Of a DNA stretch of 64,000 bases, positions 50,770-60,786 are shown piece by piece. A program made the translations under genes and the position numbers. The DNA is from Gemmatales bacterium (GTDB lineage: Bacteria; Planctomycetota; Planctomycetia; Gemmatales; HRBIN36), in NCBI GenBank assembly GCA_041640595.1, contig JBEPZY010000005.1, positions 96,001 to 160,000 on the forward strand. The letters run 5' to 3'. Every line of letters starts with the position of its first letter. Positions within the stretch are counted from its first letter, which is position 1. The notes below the pieces were generated by a model that saw nothing but the letters and a program-made list of their open reading frames with translations, had not been told where the DNA came from and ran no database searches.

Positions 50770-52924
50770 AGGCCAACTCCTTCCACTCCCCAATTTCTTT
50801 CGTCCAATTCCAGATACCGGTGTTAGGTAAAGGAAGTATTTGGCGCAAGGCTGGTACGGCGACTTTTGGCAGGACGAACTCGCGTTGGTTATTACCTCGG
50901 CCAAACTTTACACACAGCCGCCCACCAGGGCTCAATTCTCTCGGCAAGCCGAACGCATCGCAGAAGAGGTAAAACAAGGCAGCCAGTGCCGGCAGCGTAT
51001 TATGTTTCACCAGACCGCCATAGTACACCCCAAAGGCCGATCCGGTGCCGATGACCGCAACCGTTAGAGCTTTTAAGCCAGCAATGTTGGTAGCGAGCCA
51101 GGCGGTTAGTGAAAATGTGCTCAGGAGCGTCGCGCCGCCATCTACCAGGGCGGCTACTCCCGCGGCTAAGCCTACCGCTGCCCCGACAACGACCACTACG
51201 CTCTTGCCCAATATCTTGAACTTTTCCCAGCCCGGCAAATTGTTCCAGAAATCCTGGGCCATCCGATCTAATTCTTGCGGGTCGGTCTTGAGTTCCACCC
51301 TCTTGAGAAAGGTTAGAAGTACCTCACTAATCAGCGCCTGGAGTTCGTGCTTAGTGCAGGTTTTCGGGATCCAGCGCTGATATTGCAATTCTTCTGCCAA
51401 TTCTTCGGCTGTCTTGAAAGGCAGGGAGGGCTGTTCCGTTTGGGATGGGAACAAATCGGTGCAAATGTTCGACCAAGCTTGCCTGGCTTTGCCGACACCT
51501 GGCAATGATACAAGGCCACTAATCCAGTCTTTTACCGTTGCTGCTGCGCGAAGCGATTTCTGCCCTATCCACTCCCCGGCACGGACCAGCCTGGGAGCAT
51601 TGCGGATCATCGCCTGGTGTAGGTCGGACATGAACTGTTGATTCGCAACCTGTTTCGGTTCGTTTCTTTCGTCCGTGAACAGTTTGCTACAGAACGTCAG
51701 CAGACCTTTATAGGCCTGGCGCGTGTTTTCTTCGCAGTCCGCTCGCCAACGTTCCAGAGAATCCAGCGCCTCCCGAACCACCCGCCGAACCTCTTGTGCG
51801 TGCGATTGGGCTGCTTGCTGCTGCAACTGGCCAGGCTCCAGTCGCCGATAGAGCTCGACCAGCCAGTACTCACGGGGTATGTCCTGCGGCGAATCAAAAT
51901 GCCGGGGTTCCGCGGTATAGAACATCGGAAAACGCTCAGTAGATTTGCCGGAGTCGGTGCTGTTAGTCTGGCGGAGCTTATTGCTTGCACTGTCCTGCCA
52001 CAGACCCCGCGGTGTATAGTCCTCCCAACCATTGACTTCATAATCCATAGCGACGTACACACCGTTCAGCTGAAACTTAGATTTCAAGGCACTAACATCC
52101 GGGTCGTCCTGGAGAATGCTGCGGAGAAGGCTTGGCTGGGTTGGGCGAACTTTATTGACCAGCAGGTACATAGGCACATCCGCCATCCGCTGCCGCAACT
52201 CATCAAGCAGCTCATAAAGCAATCGATCCCGCAACTGGGCACGTTCCCAAACTACGAAAAACGCCGAGCATACCCGTGCCGCTTGCGCCACGAATTCTAA
52301 TCGCTCATTCCGTCGCCTACCTGGCTCGTGTGAAGGCAGCTTCGACCCCGGCTCATCCTTAGTCTGAATATCCATGCAATCCAGAAAAGCGAATTCTGTT
52401 AGCCCTGGATCATAGGCGACTAATGGTACTGGAATTTTCTCAGGACGGTCGCGACCGCTGCTATATTGCTCGAATGCCTGTTTAGTGTCTTCGCTTAACA
52501 TTTCTGGCCGCTGGTTGTGAGCATCATAAAGAATTTTCCGAATAAGCTGTTCCTGGTGCGGGTCTTGACGGCAACGCTCTGGAAACCAGTAAACGAAGCG
52601 ATGAGTACCATACTTAGATTCGTAACCGCGTGGCACGCGCCGGCGACCCGCTTCACTGAGAAACATGGCCACAACACTCGATTTACCCGCGTTGAGTTGG
52701 CCAACTACGCCGATGATCGGAATTTTCGCTATTTGCAGACGTGTCTTGGCAATTGCTACCGCTTTGTCCATCTCGACGAGCAACCCTTTGCAACCCGCCT
52801 GTTGCAAAGCCTGCGACCAACTCAGCGTTTCACGCGACGAATCGAGGATGGGTTGATCACGAAGATGCTCATAGCGACTGATTAGCCTTTCTAAATTAGT
52901 CATTCCCGACTCTGTTTTGCTCAT
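50756..52924 (-). CDS. Dynamin-like/TRAFAC GTPase with C-terminal hydrophobic hairpin (partner 1)
   Basis: IIGVVGQLNAGKSS P-loop, GTH G2, FLDCMD G3-like, LLVNKV G4, Gly/Ala-rich TM region. Confidence 0.7.
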   Translation of the reverse strand: MSKTESGMTNLERLISRYEHLRDQPILDSSRETLSWSQALQQAGCKGLLVEMDKAVAIAKTRLQIAKIPIIGVVGQLNAGKSSVVAMFLSEAGRRRVPRGYESKYGTHRFVYWFPERCRQDPHQEQLIRKILYDAHNQRPEMLSEDTKQAFEQYSSGRDRPEKIPVPLVAYDPGLTEFAFLDCMDIQTKDEPGSKLPSHEPGRRRNERLEFVAQAARVCSAFFVVWERAQLRDRLLYELLDELRQRMADVPMYLLVNKVRPTQPSLLRSILQDDPDVSALKSKFQLNGVYVAMDYEVNGWEDYTPRGLWQDSASNKLRQTNSTDSGKSTERFPMFYTAEPRHFDSPQDIPREYWLVELYRRLEPGQLQQQAAQSHAQEVRRVVREALDSLERWRADCEENTRQAYKGLLTFCSKLFTDERNEPKQVANQQFMSDLHQAMIRNAPRLVRAGEWIGQKSLRAAATVKDWISGLVSLPGVGKARQAWSNICTDLFPSQTEQPSLPFKTAEELAEELQYQRWIPKTCTKHELQALISEVLLTFLKRVELKTDPQELDRMAQDFWNNLPGWEKFKILGKSVVVVVGAAVGLAAGVAALVDGGATLLSTFSLTAWLATNIAGLKALTVAVIGTGSAFGVYYGGLVKHNTLPALAALFYLFCDAFGLPRELSPGGRLCVKFGRGNNQREFVLPKVAVPALRQILPLPNTGIWNWTKEIGEWKELAYERS

Positions 52925-53275
52925 AGGCAAGTCCCCTCACGTTTGCACGAATTGGCCCCGATTACCCGCGAAATTGTCCAAGTCGCTGGACATAGCCTTT
53001 TCTCCCTGTAAAGGCGACTGTAAATATTGACGACACAGTCGCCGCATGCTTGCATCCAGAGCCGATTATCGCATTCACCAAAAGACACCAGTCGGGTCAT
53101 ACCTCGCCTTCGCCTTTTTGGTATTGCGTAGGTCTTATTAGAAGGTTTTGCTGCTTTTTGGCAACGGATAGTTTTGCATACAAGATAAATTCGACAGTAA
53201 GACTTGGTTGTGTCTATATCAACAAAAGCACAATGCATCTATTGCATCAGGCTGATGATAATTGCAAGCCCTTAA

Positions 53276-53722
53276 TTAGTTGAAATCATTTACTCGGCCA
53301 GCTAAACCACGATTGCAGTATGATGCTATGCGATTGTTGCCGTTATATGGCCGGCATTCGACAAAGTTGCCATTGCCGTTACCATCGCCAGAATGATCAT
53401 CGCCATCATCGCCATCGTCACCACCATCGTCATCGTCGTCACCATGCTCACCCCTCGTAACGAAGATATTTACCATAATCCCAACCTTGCCGAAAAGTAT
53501 GTGGTTGACTATGACAACGAAAACAAGCACAAAAGATAACAGCCAGAAAATATCCGTCGAACTGTAGCCAAACCAGCTTGTAAAAATGTAGAAAAGACCA
53601 AGAATAGCTAATGGTACAGTGAACAGAACTGCTAGACTGCCAAGTTGATTAACACGGTTGTTCTTCGCTGAATGTTTGATGATCCTAACAAGTGCATCAA
53701 CCGGGTTCTCGTGATTGCGCAT
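53276..53722 (-). CDS. Small 2-TM membrane protein with Asp/Gly-rich tail
   Basis: GGAGGT RBS before MRNHENP; two hydrophobic helices; GDDDDDGGDDGDDGDD. Confidence 0.55.
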   Translation of the reverse strand: MRNHENPVDALVRIIKHSAKNNRVNQLGSLAVLFTVPLAILGLFYIFTSWFGYSSTDIFWLLSFVLVFVVIVNHILFGKVGIMVNIFVTRGEHGDDDDDGGDDGDDGDDHSGDGNGNGNFVECRPYNGNNRIASYCNRGLAGRVNDFN

Positions 53723-54075
53723 TGCTTTTACCTCCTTCGACCGTGAAGCTTGTAGCCATTGCAGGTTGTTACCGCCTGTATGTGATTGTACCAGCTCATT
53801 TCGCATTATTTGTCCTATAAACGTTTCCAGTGGGCTTGGCCACATAATGTCTAGCGTGAAAAGACGCGTTTATAGGCCCTTTATCCAAATCTGAAAGCTA
53901 TTCGTATCACAGGGGCACGGCCTTTTTTCCATGCAGATGCGACCCAGTCCGTTTGCCCGTCCTGGGAGCTCTGCAATCCGCTATACACTTATAAATACGG
54001 AGCAGTCCGGCGTCTTGTGACAATTCTTCCGGTTTTTTGGCCTTACGGGGCCAACAACGCTTGGGGAAATTTTTG

Positions 54076-54104
54076 TTGCCAGGCAAGCGGGCAATCGGTA
54101 AGAT
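54076..54104 (+). promoter_or_regulatory. Sigma70-type promoter for the RelE-like/helicase unit
   Basis: TTGCCA-17 bp-TAAGAT. Confidence 0.45.
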
Positions 54105-54200
54105 AAGCGGCAGAGCGGACTACCACAAACCAGGGGTAGTCACAAAACGGGGTTGACCTGCGTATTACCCTTAGGGAAGCCCAGACCAGGAGGATTCACC

Positions 54201-55109
54201 ATGGGTTATTGCGTCTATCCCGCATTCCGAGGGTTTGGGGAGCTCTTCAGGGAGCACCGCGATTTAGCAGGAGTTATTGAGAAACTCATCGAACAGTTGC
54301 ATGAAGCAGACCCAAAGCAGTGCGGCGAACGGTTGCCCGGTCTTCAACCCATTGGTCGGGGTTGGTACAAAAAGCGGTACGGCAAGTACCGCTTAATCGC
54401 CAACCTTAGACGTGTTAGGGTTGACAACTTCCAGGTCCCTGTCGTGGTGTTCGTGGCCTTTCTGAATCGAGATGATTTTGCCCATGGTAATGGCACGGCC
54501 GACGAATTTGAATCACGTTACGCCCAGCGTTTGGAAGGGCATGGTAACGACATCCATCAGGCGGCCAGGGAATGGTTGCAACAGCAGCAGGACGCAGCCG
54601 CCTGGCAGCCACCGCCAAAACCACCGGACGATCTGCTTCCGGTGCTTGACCCAGTGCGACCCCGTGGTCAGGTAGATGCTTTCTTTTTGCATGCAGATTT
54701 CTGCCGGGCGTACGAACGCCTGACCTTGGACACCGAAAAGGCAAGCGTTTACAGGGCTATGGTAGAAATCGAAAACAGGGAACATTGGGAACCGTATGAC
54801 CAGCTGTTGGACCTCCAAGACGGCAGGGTCGTTGTTTCCTACGTGAGACTGCAGGAACCGCGAGCTGGGTTCAAGCATGTCCTCGTGCTCGGACTGGTTT
54901 CGGAGACCTGGGACCTAGCAACCCGCCAGAACGAGAGCCAAAGAATCTCAGAAATTTGGCAGGCGGTGCAACAACGAATCTTGGCTCTACCCCCGGACAC
55001 TCCTGCAGACCACTACCATGATGCGATATGTCAATTTGCCGAGCGAGCCTTTCCCGCCTACATACTCGCCGACGAGCAACTCTGGCAAAACCTCTGGAGG
55101 AGAACCTGA
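54201..55109 (+). CDS. Protein with N-terminal RelE/ParE-like domain (possibly the 5' part of a split helicase gene)
   Basis: AGGAGG RBS; 'GRGWYKKRYGKYRLIA..VVVFVAFLNRDD' pattern resembles RelE-family RNases. Confidence 0.5.
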   Translation: MGYCVYPAFRGFGELFREHRDLAGVIEKLIEQLHEADPKQCGERLPGLQPIGRGWYKKRYGKYRLIANLRRVRVDNFQVPVVVFVAFLNRDDFAHGNGTADEFESRYAQRLEGHGNDIHQAAREWLQQQQDAAAWQPPPKPPDDLLPVLDPVRPRGQVDAFFLHADFCRAYERLTLDTEKASVYRAMVEIENREHWEPYDQLLDLQDGRVVVSYVRLQEPRAGFKHVLVLGLVSETWDLATRQNESQRISEIWQAVQQRILALPPDTPADHYHDAICQFAERAFPAYILADEQLWQNLWRRT

Positions 55110-55111
55110 AC

Positions 55112-58100
55112 ATGGGTGACATGCGCGAGGTCTTTTTGCCGCTCACTACTGAAGAAATTAGCATCCTGCAGTCGCTGCTGGCAGGGGAGAAGCTCCCAGC
55201 TGTAATCGAGGGACGTGCTGGCAGCGGCAAAACTACGCTGCTTATTTATTACACGGCCGAACGCCTTAGCCATCCACTTCCAGCCGGTGCGCGGGTTCTG
55301 TATCTAACACAGAACAAAAGCTTGCTGGAAAAGGCTGAACCACTTATTGAGCAAATTGTGGATCTGCTTATTCAAGATAGAGGAGGGAACGCCGATAGAA
55401 TCAAGGGCGAATATCGGACCTATCACGACTTCGCTCTCAGTCAATTGCCTGACGAGCGTAAAGAACGATTCCGGCGTCGCAGCCGGCAACGTGAAGGTGG
55501 ATGGATCGATTTCGATCGCTTCGTCAGCTTGTTGCGGGGGCAGGATAACCAGCAACAAGATAGGTGTCCATCTCCTTTTGCCCGAAATCGAGAATGTAAT
55601 CCGGAAGCTGTTTGGTTTATTCTGCGGAGCTACATTAAGGGGTATAAAATCACCGACCGAGGCGAAGACCGCTGGATTAGCTTTGATGAATACAGAGATA
55701 GCGAAGAAATTCCGGCAAAGGATCGCCAGGTTTCGGCCGATCTTTATGAGAAGGTTTGGAAACACATTTGGCCGTGGTATAAGAAGCTGACCGTTCCGTG
55801 CGAAGAGAACGGCTACGAACCGCGTTATTGGGACGATCTCGACCTGGCCTGGGAAGTGCTAGAACATCGCAGCAGCGACGCCCCCACTTACGCCATTCTG
55901 ATTTGCGACGAAGTGCAGGATTTGACGCGGGTGGAGCTAGCGGCTCTGCTCGGTAGCCTCCAGTGGGCGCGTTATGACCTGCGTGATCTGGCGCCAAACC
56001 GGGGCTGGGGCCAGCGTGAACTGCGCTTACCGATCATTCTGGCGGGGGACGCACACCAGACAATCAACCCGGCTGTATTCCGCTGGGAGCGCGTGAGTGC
56101 GGATTTGGCAAAAGCGTTGGTCGCACACCTACCGACGCTCCCCGAACCAAGGGTTGAACGGTTGCAGCTTCAGTACAATTATCGTAATGCCCGCAGCATT
56201 GGCCAGCTTTGTAATGCCTTACAACACCTCCGTCAACGAACCTTGGGACAACAAAGCCGGCTGCAATTGCTCTGGAAGTTGCCCGACACGCAGCCTAATC
56301 AGCGAGTCCGCCAGCTGATCATTGCGCCAAGGCAGCTGGAAGAATTGTTGAAAACAGGCGTGCTTATCGTCGTGCCCGAAGATGATGATCCTAATCTGGA
56401 ACACACGCGACCGTTCTGGGAAGCACTGGGTTTTCCACGTCCACCCGAAAATGTCAACAATGAGCCGGGAGAGTTGAAAAATAAACCACGCCGACCGGCA
56501 GACATCAAAGGCCTCGAACTGGACTGTGTCGCGGTGGTTGGGTTTGGCGTCCTCTGGCATCTGTGGTTACAACAACCGCAGTACCGGCAACTGGCCGAGT
56601 TCTGGAACTGGCAGAATGCTGCAGACAATGGAGAAATCTCTGAAGACCTGCGTTTTCTTGTGGAATATTTCCTGAATCGGCTTTACGTGGCTGTCAGTCG
56701 GGCACGCGAGGAACTGTGGATTATTGAGACCGAGCAAGGCTGGAATGCCTTTTGGTCCAGGCTTGAAGACTGGGTTGATGAGCAGTGGGGACAACAAGTA
56801 GCAAACGCAGGGACGGGCGCAGCTGGGGAAGCGGGAATCGGACCTGCGGATGACGAGCAGCTGCGGCAGTGGGCAATAACTCGATCGGCTGACCCTCCGA
56901 CTGACGTGGTGGATCGCCCATACGCTTTCGTATATAGCAAGGGGGATTTGCGCCAACTGAGCACAGTTTTCGAGGGGAATCAGGAGAATTTGCGGCGACT
57001 TGCGGAGGACTTTGAGAGGGCTGCGCACGATGGGCGGAATCCGAATCTCGCGGAGTCGGCGGCATATTATTACTCGCTCGCCGGCGATACAGTCAACCAG
57101 CACAAGATGCTGGCATACTGCTTGTATTACGATGGAGAAGTTCTGCAAGCGGCCCGCAGGATGATCGGCATCGTGGATGATCGTTGTCGTCAGTTGGGTT
57201 CCGATTGGTACTGGGAGGCGGCGGGAGAGGATAATCAAACAGAGCTAGCCTGGCGTGAAATAAGCGAGGATGAGCGCATTGCTCCTTCCTGGCGCCGTGA
57301 AATTGCCGAGTGCATGGTCGCATTGATGCTGGAGCGGACTGTTGACGCGACCTTCGTCGCTCTGCTGGCTGAGCTTCTCCAGCGTCGCACTCCACAACGC
57401 AATGAACTGAAGCCAGAACACTGGACCACGTGGGAAAAGGTCTATATCCAGTTGGTACAGTCAGCAAACCATCTGTCCCCGGACTCTTTCGCGGTTCAAC
57501 AACAGGCTTATGATGTGGCACTAAGATGGACACCGACGAGCCGGCGGACTTTGCACGAGTACTTCTATCAACTCGGCAGGCTCGCATTCACGCTCGCACA
57601 GCGCTGTGATGCCATCGGTATGGGAAGGTCGTATTACAGCGAAGCTGCCGAGCATTGGCAAAAGGCTGGGCGAACGCGCGAGCGCGATTACCATATTGCC
57701 AAGGCCGAAAGTACCGAATATCCCCAGTGCTTGCAATACTGGGAAACTGCTGGGGATTACGAGCGCATTTTGAAAGAGTATCGCGACCATTCGGGCGTTT
57801 CTCTTGCTCGCGACAACGCCCAGCGGGTGGCTCGAGCGCTACGGGAAATCTCGAAGCCGAAAATCGAGCAGGCTATGCGGGGAGCTATCCAGGCTGGCCA
57901 GAACCTTCAGGAGTCATTGAGCTACGTAATCCGCGAGGCCCATCGCGAACTCCGCGGGCTGTATGATGATAAAAACCTTGACTTGCCCAGGTTTCAAAGA
58001 GATTGGACTCACTGGATACTAGATTTGCTTATTAGCTCTGAGAGCGAATTGGCCCGCTTGGTTTCCGAGCTAGCGCGTGAAAGCACTTTTGGCCAGATCA

Positions 58101-59299
58101 TCCGCGGCTTGGTAGTGGAAGCGTTTGCACTGGATTCTGAGCCAGAGGCACTGCGCGATGGTTTTCGTGAAAGCTGGCAGACCCGAGTGTCTCCGAATAC
58201 CAATTGGCCGAGGTTCCGAAACTACTTGCAGCAAATCATTCACGCTGTCCATGAAGGGACCAACCAACGTGCCAGCACCCGGGATGGTAACGCGCGACGA
58301 CAGGTCGCGCGATTATGCAGGCTTGTTTTAGGCGTTTTGTGGCGGTTCGACGAAAGATTGGAGGGAAGGGAACGTGACGATTTTCCGCCGGGCCTGCAAA
58401 GTCGTTTGGTGGAATACGTTTACGTTACCTTGCCCCAAACTGAGGTTCAAAGCACCGTCAATTATCTGGAGCAAATTAGTCCGGAGATGCGAACCATTGT
58501 GCAGGAAGCAATCGCTTGCATTGCCGATTTGCCCCAAGATTGGATCCCGGGTGCCGATGGCCAAAGGGATCAGCAACCTTGGAGGTCTCTAATGGAATGG
58601 ACAAATGCGCTCGCCTACGATCTGTACGAAAATCTGCGGCTTACCTTGGAGAGGGCACGAAGCGAAGCGGATGTTGCGCCTTACGAGTGGTGGATGTTGG
58701 TGGGCAGGTTCATCGAGCAGGCACCGTTTCGCCGACGGGCCCGAGACTTTTACCGCGATTTACTCAACTTATCGGAGCGGTTTGGTTGGTCTCCGGAACG
58801 CCAAGGTGAAATTCGCCAGAGGCTACAAGCATACGACGAGAGGTATAATCGCTGGAAGGAAGAGCGGCGCATCCGTGAGGAAGACGAGCGAGAAGAGGCG
58901 CGAGGACAACGCGAAGGAATAACGGTCACCGAGGGAATAACGGTCATCGATGTGAAACCTGATGGTAAGACAAAGGGTCATGGTTTTCTTGAAGTGAAAA
59001 GCATGGACAACAGGGCAGAAGCGCTTATCAAGTTTATGCCCGACGAGTATCAGGTGCGTTTTCGTCCGCCAATACAAGCAGGCGGCCAGCCGTTTATGCG
59101 TGCTGACCCAGAGCAGGTTCAGGTCGTTGGGCCTGAGGTGATTGCCGGAAACTTGCGATGGCGACTGCGTGCCAATATCGGCGATGGTGAACGATCAGCT
59201 GAGCTTGAATGGGTAGAAAGCGGGCGGCTTCTTTACGTCCGCAGTAGCGGAGTCGAGTTTCGCGTCTCCTTCGCCGCTGCTGAGACTCCTGCGGGCTAG
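55112..59299 (+). CDS. Large UvrD/SF1-type helicase with helical/TPR-like C-terminus
   Basis: IEGRAGSGKTT Walker A, LICDEVQD Walker B, LAGDAHQTI, LQYNYRN, IKGLE, LYVAVSRAR. Confidence 0.85.
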   Translation: MGDMREVFLPLTTEEISILQSLLAGEKLPAVIEGRAGSGKTTLLIYYTAERLSHPLPAGARVLYLTQNKSLLEKAEPLIEQIVDLLIQDRGGNADRIKGEYRTYHDFALSQLPDERKERFRRRSRQREGGWIDFDRFVSLLRGQDNQQQDRCPSPFARNRECNPEAVWFILRSYIKGYKITDRGEDRWISFDEYRDSEEIPAKDRQVSADLYEKVWKHIWPWYKKLTVPCEENGYEPRYWDDLDLAWEVLEHRSSDAPTYAILICDEVQDLTRVELAALLGSLQWARYDLRDLAPNRGWGQRELRLPIILAGDAHQTINPAVFRWERVSADLAKALVAHLPTLPEPRVERLQLQYNYRNARSIGQLCNALQHLRQRTLGQQSRLQLLWKLPDTQPNQRVRQLIIAPRQLEELLKTGVLIVVPEDDDPNLEHTRPFWEALGFPRPPENVNNEPGELKNKPRRPADIKGLELDCVAVVGFGVLWHLWLQQPQYRQLAEFWNWQNAADNGEISEDLRFLVEYFLNRLYVAVSRAREELWIIETEQGWNAFWSRLEDWVDEQWGQQVANAGTGAAGEAGIGPADDEQLRQWAITRSADPPTDVVDRPYAFVYSKGDLRQLSTVFEGNQENLRRLAEDFERAAHDGRNPNLAESAAYYYSLAGDTVNQHKMLAYCLYYDGEVLQAARRMIGIVDDRCRQLGSDWYWEAAGEDNQTELAWREISEDERIAPSWRREIAECMVALMLERTVDATFVALLAELLQRRTPQRNELKPEHWTTWEKVYIQLVQSANHLSPDSFAVQQQAYDVALRWTPTSRRTLHEYFYQLGRLAFTLAQRCDAIGMGRSYYSEAAEHWQKAGRTRERDYHIAKAESTEYPQCLQYWETAGDYERILKEYRDHSGVSLARDNAQRVARALREISKPKIEQAMRGAIQAGQNLQESLSYVIREAHRELRGLYDDKNLDLPRFQRDWTHWILDLLISSESELARLVSELARESTFGQIIRGLVVEAFALDSEPEALRDGFRESWQTRVSPNTNWPRFRNYLQQIIHAVHEGTNQRASTRDGNARRQVARLCRLVLGVLWRFDERLEGRERDDFPPGLQSRLVEYVYVTLPQTEVQSTVNYLEQISPEMRTIVQEAIACIADLPQDWIPGADGQRDQQPWRSLMEWTNALAYDLYENLRLTLERARSEADVAPYEWWMLVGRFIEQAPFRRRARDFYRDLLNLSERFGWSPERQGEIRQRLQAYDERYNRWKEERRIREEDEREEARGQREGITVTEGITVIDVKPDGKTKGHGFLEVKSMDNRAEALIKFMPDEYQVRFRPPIQAGGQPFMRADPEQVQVVGPEVIAGNLRWRLRANIGDGERSAELEWVESGRLLYVRSSGVEFRVSFAAAETPAG

Positions 59300-59310
59300 G
59301 CCGACTCAGT

Positions 59311-59575
59311 ATCGCGGAGCCAGTAAAAAGAAACCGAAACCGGTGCTTAAACGAGAATATTGCCAAGTTTGCATCATTGGGCATCGCGGAGCTTGGCAGA
59401 GAGGAAACCGAAACCAGGGCTTGAACGAGAGCATTGCGAGGTTCACATCATTAGGCATCGCGGAGCTAGCAGAGAGGAAATCGAAACCAGGACTTGAACG
59501 AGAGTATTGTGAGGTTCACATCGTTGGGTATGACGGAGCTAGCAGAAAGGAGAGCGAAATCAGGTCGCTGTATCA
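59311..59575. repeat. Tandem repeat A, ~73 bp x ~3.6
   Basis: atcgcggagc..gaaaccgaaacc..cttgaacgagag.attg..aggttcacatc units at 59311, 59383, 59457, 59530. Confidence 0.85.
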
Positions 59576-59790
59576 GGCGGGCTAACAGCCATAGGCAACG
59601 CACTGTTTGATGCAAAGTGGCTGTTTGGCCGAGGTGGGCTGACGAAGTGAGGCATTGCATAAACTCCCCAATAAAAACAGACAAGTGCTTGAAATATCTG
59701 GTGGGAAGTGCGCTGATAACGGGAGGCGTTTGGCAGCTGGGGTAGCTCGTGGGGGGGCTTGCTTTACTGCTGCATGACGAAAGCAACGAT

Positions 59791-60345
59791 CGCCGAGGAT
59801 GACCATTATCCGCCACTTCCGCCAATAGAGAGGGGGAACCCACGCGAGGTCTGCGAACAAGAGACCGCCGAGGGCGGCCATTATCCGCCACTCTCGCCGT
59901 TAGAGAGGGGGGAACCCACGCGGGGTTTGCGAACAAGAGGCTGGCGAGGGCGGCCATTATCCGCCACTCTCGCCGTTAGAGAGAGGGGACTCAGGCGGGG
60001 TTTACGAACAAGAGATCGCCGAGGGCGACCATTATCCGCCACTGCCGCCAGTGGAGACGGGAACTCACGCGGGGTTTACGAACAAGAGATCGCCGAGGGC
60101 GACTATTATCCGCCACTTGCACCAGCGGAAAGGGGGGCCCACGCGGGGTCTGCGAACAAGAGGCTGCCGAGGATGACCATTATCCGCCATCCGCGGCAGT
60201 GGAGAGTGGAAAACCACGGAGGGTTCCCGAGGAAAAAGCTGGCGAGGGGGACTATTATCCGCGACTCGCGCCACTGGGAAGAGGGAACCCACGCAGCGTT
60301 CCCCAGGGAAAGGCTGGCGAGGGTGAGCATGTCCGGCACTCCCTC
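59791..60345. repeat. Tandem repeat B, ~75 bp x 7-8
   Basis: ATTATCCGC core at 59805, 59880, 59956, 60031, 60105, 60179, 60254, degenerate at ~60329. Confidence 0.9.
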
Positions 60346-60786
60346 AAGTGGGTCTTCCGCGGCGTGGCTTCCTGAAGGTTTCCACAGATCGGCTTGAATG
60401 CGGCGACGGGGTGATTCCTTACAGTGAGATAGACGAGGCGATCTTGTTTCGGACGCGGCAGTGGTTCATCCCGTGGTACGTGCTGTACGTCAGGTCGCGC
60501 GGACGCCACTATTAATTCGGCCTGAACTCCGGAAAGTTCTGGGCAGGAGAACTACCTTTCCCCGTGCGGTGGGAGACGGCAAAACTGGGCTATTCGTGGT
60601 TTCGTATCGCCCTTCGAGTAGCAGCGGTTGCTGCCTTGCTGTACCTCTTGTGGAGTCGGTGCAGTTAGAACAAAATCCCGAACCAGACGCTACAGCCGAA
60701 GGCGAGGCGTGGTGCCGCGGTGGGGAGCGCGGGGGTGAAATCTTGGTGCGGAAGACGGTGGAGGGGCGGTGGGGGAGGGGGAAGGT

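Noticed and set aside
59805..60262. TTATCCGCC as DnaA boxes / replication origin
   Set aside because: Only 7/9 match to TTATCCACA, no AT-rich unwinding element and no dnaA or rep gene nearby
59759..60397. 212 aa ORF, or a canonical CRISPR array next to cas6
   Set aside because: Unit lengths of 74-76 bp shift the frame between units, and there are no unique spacers
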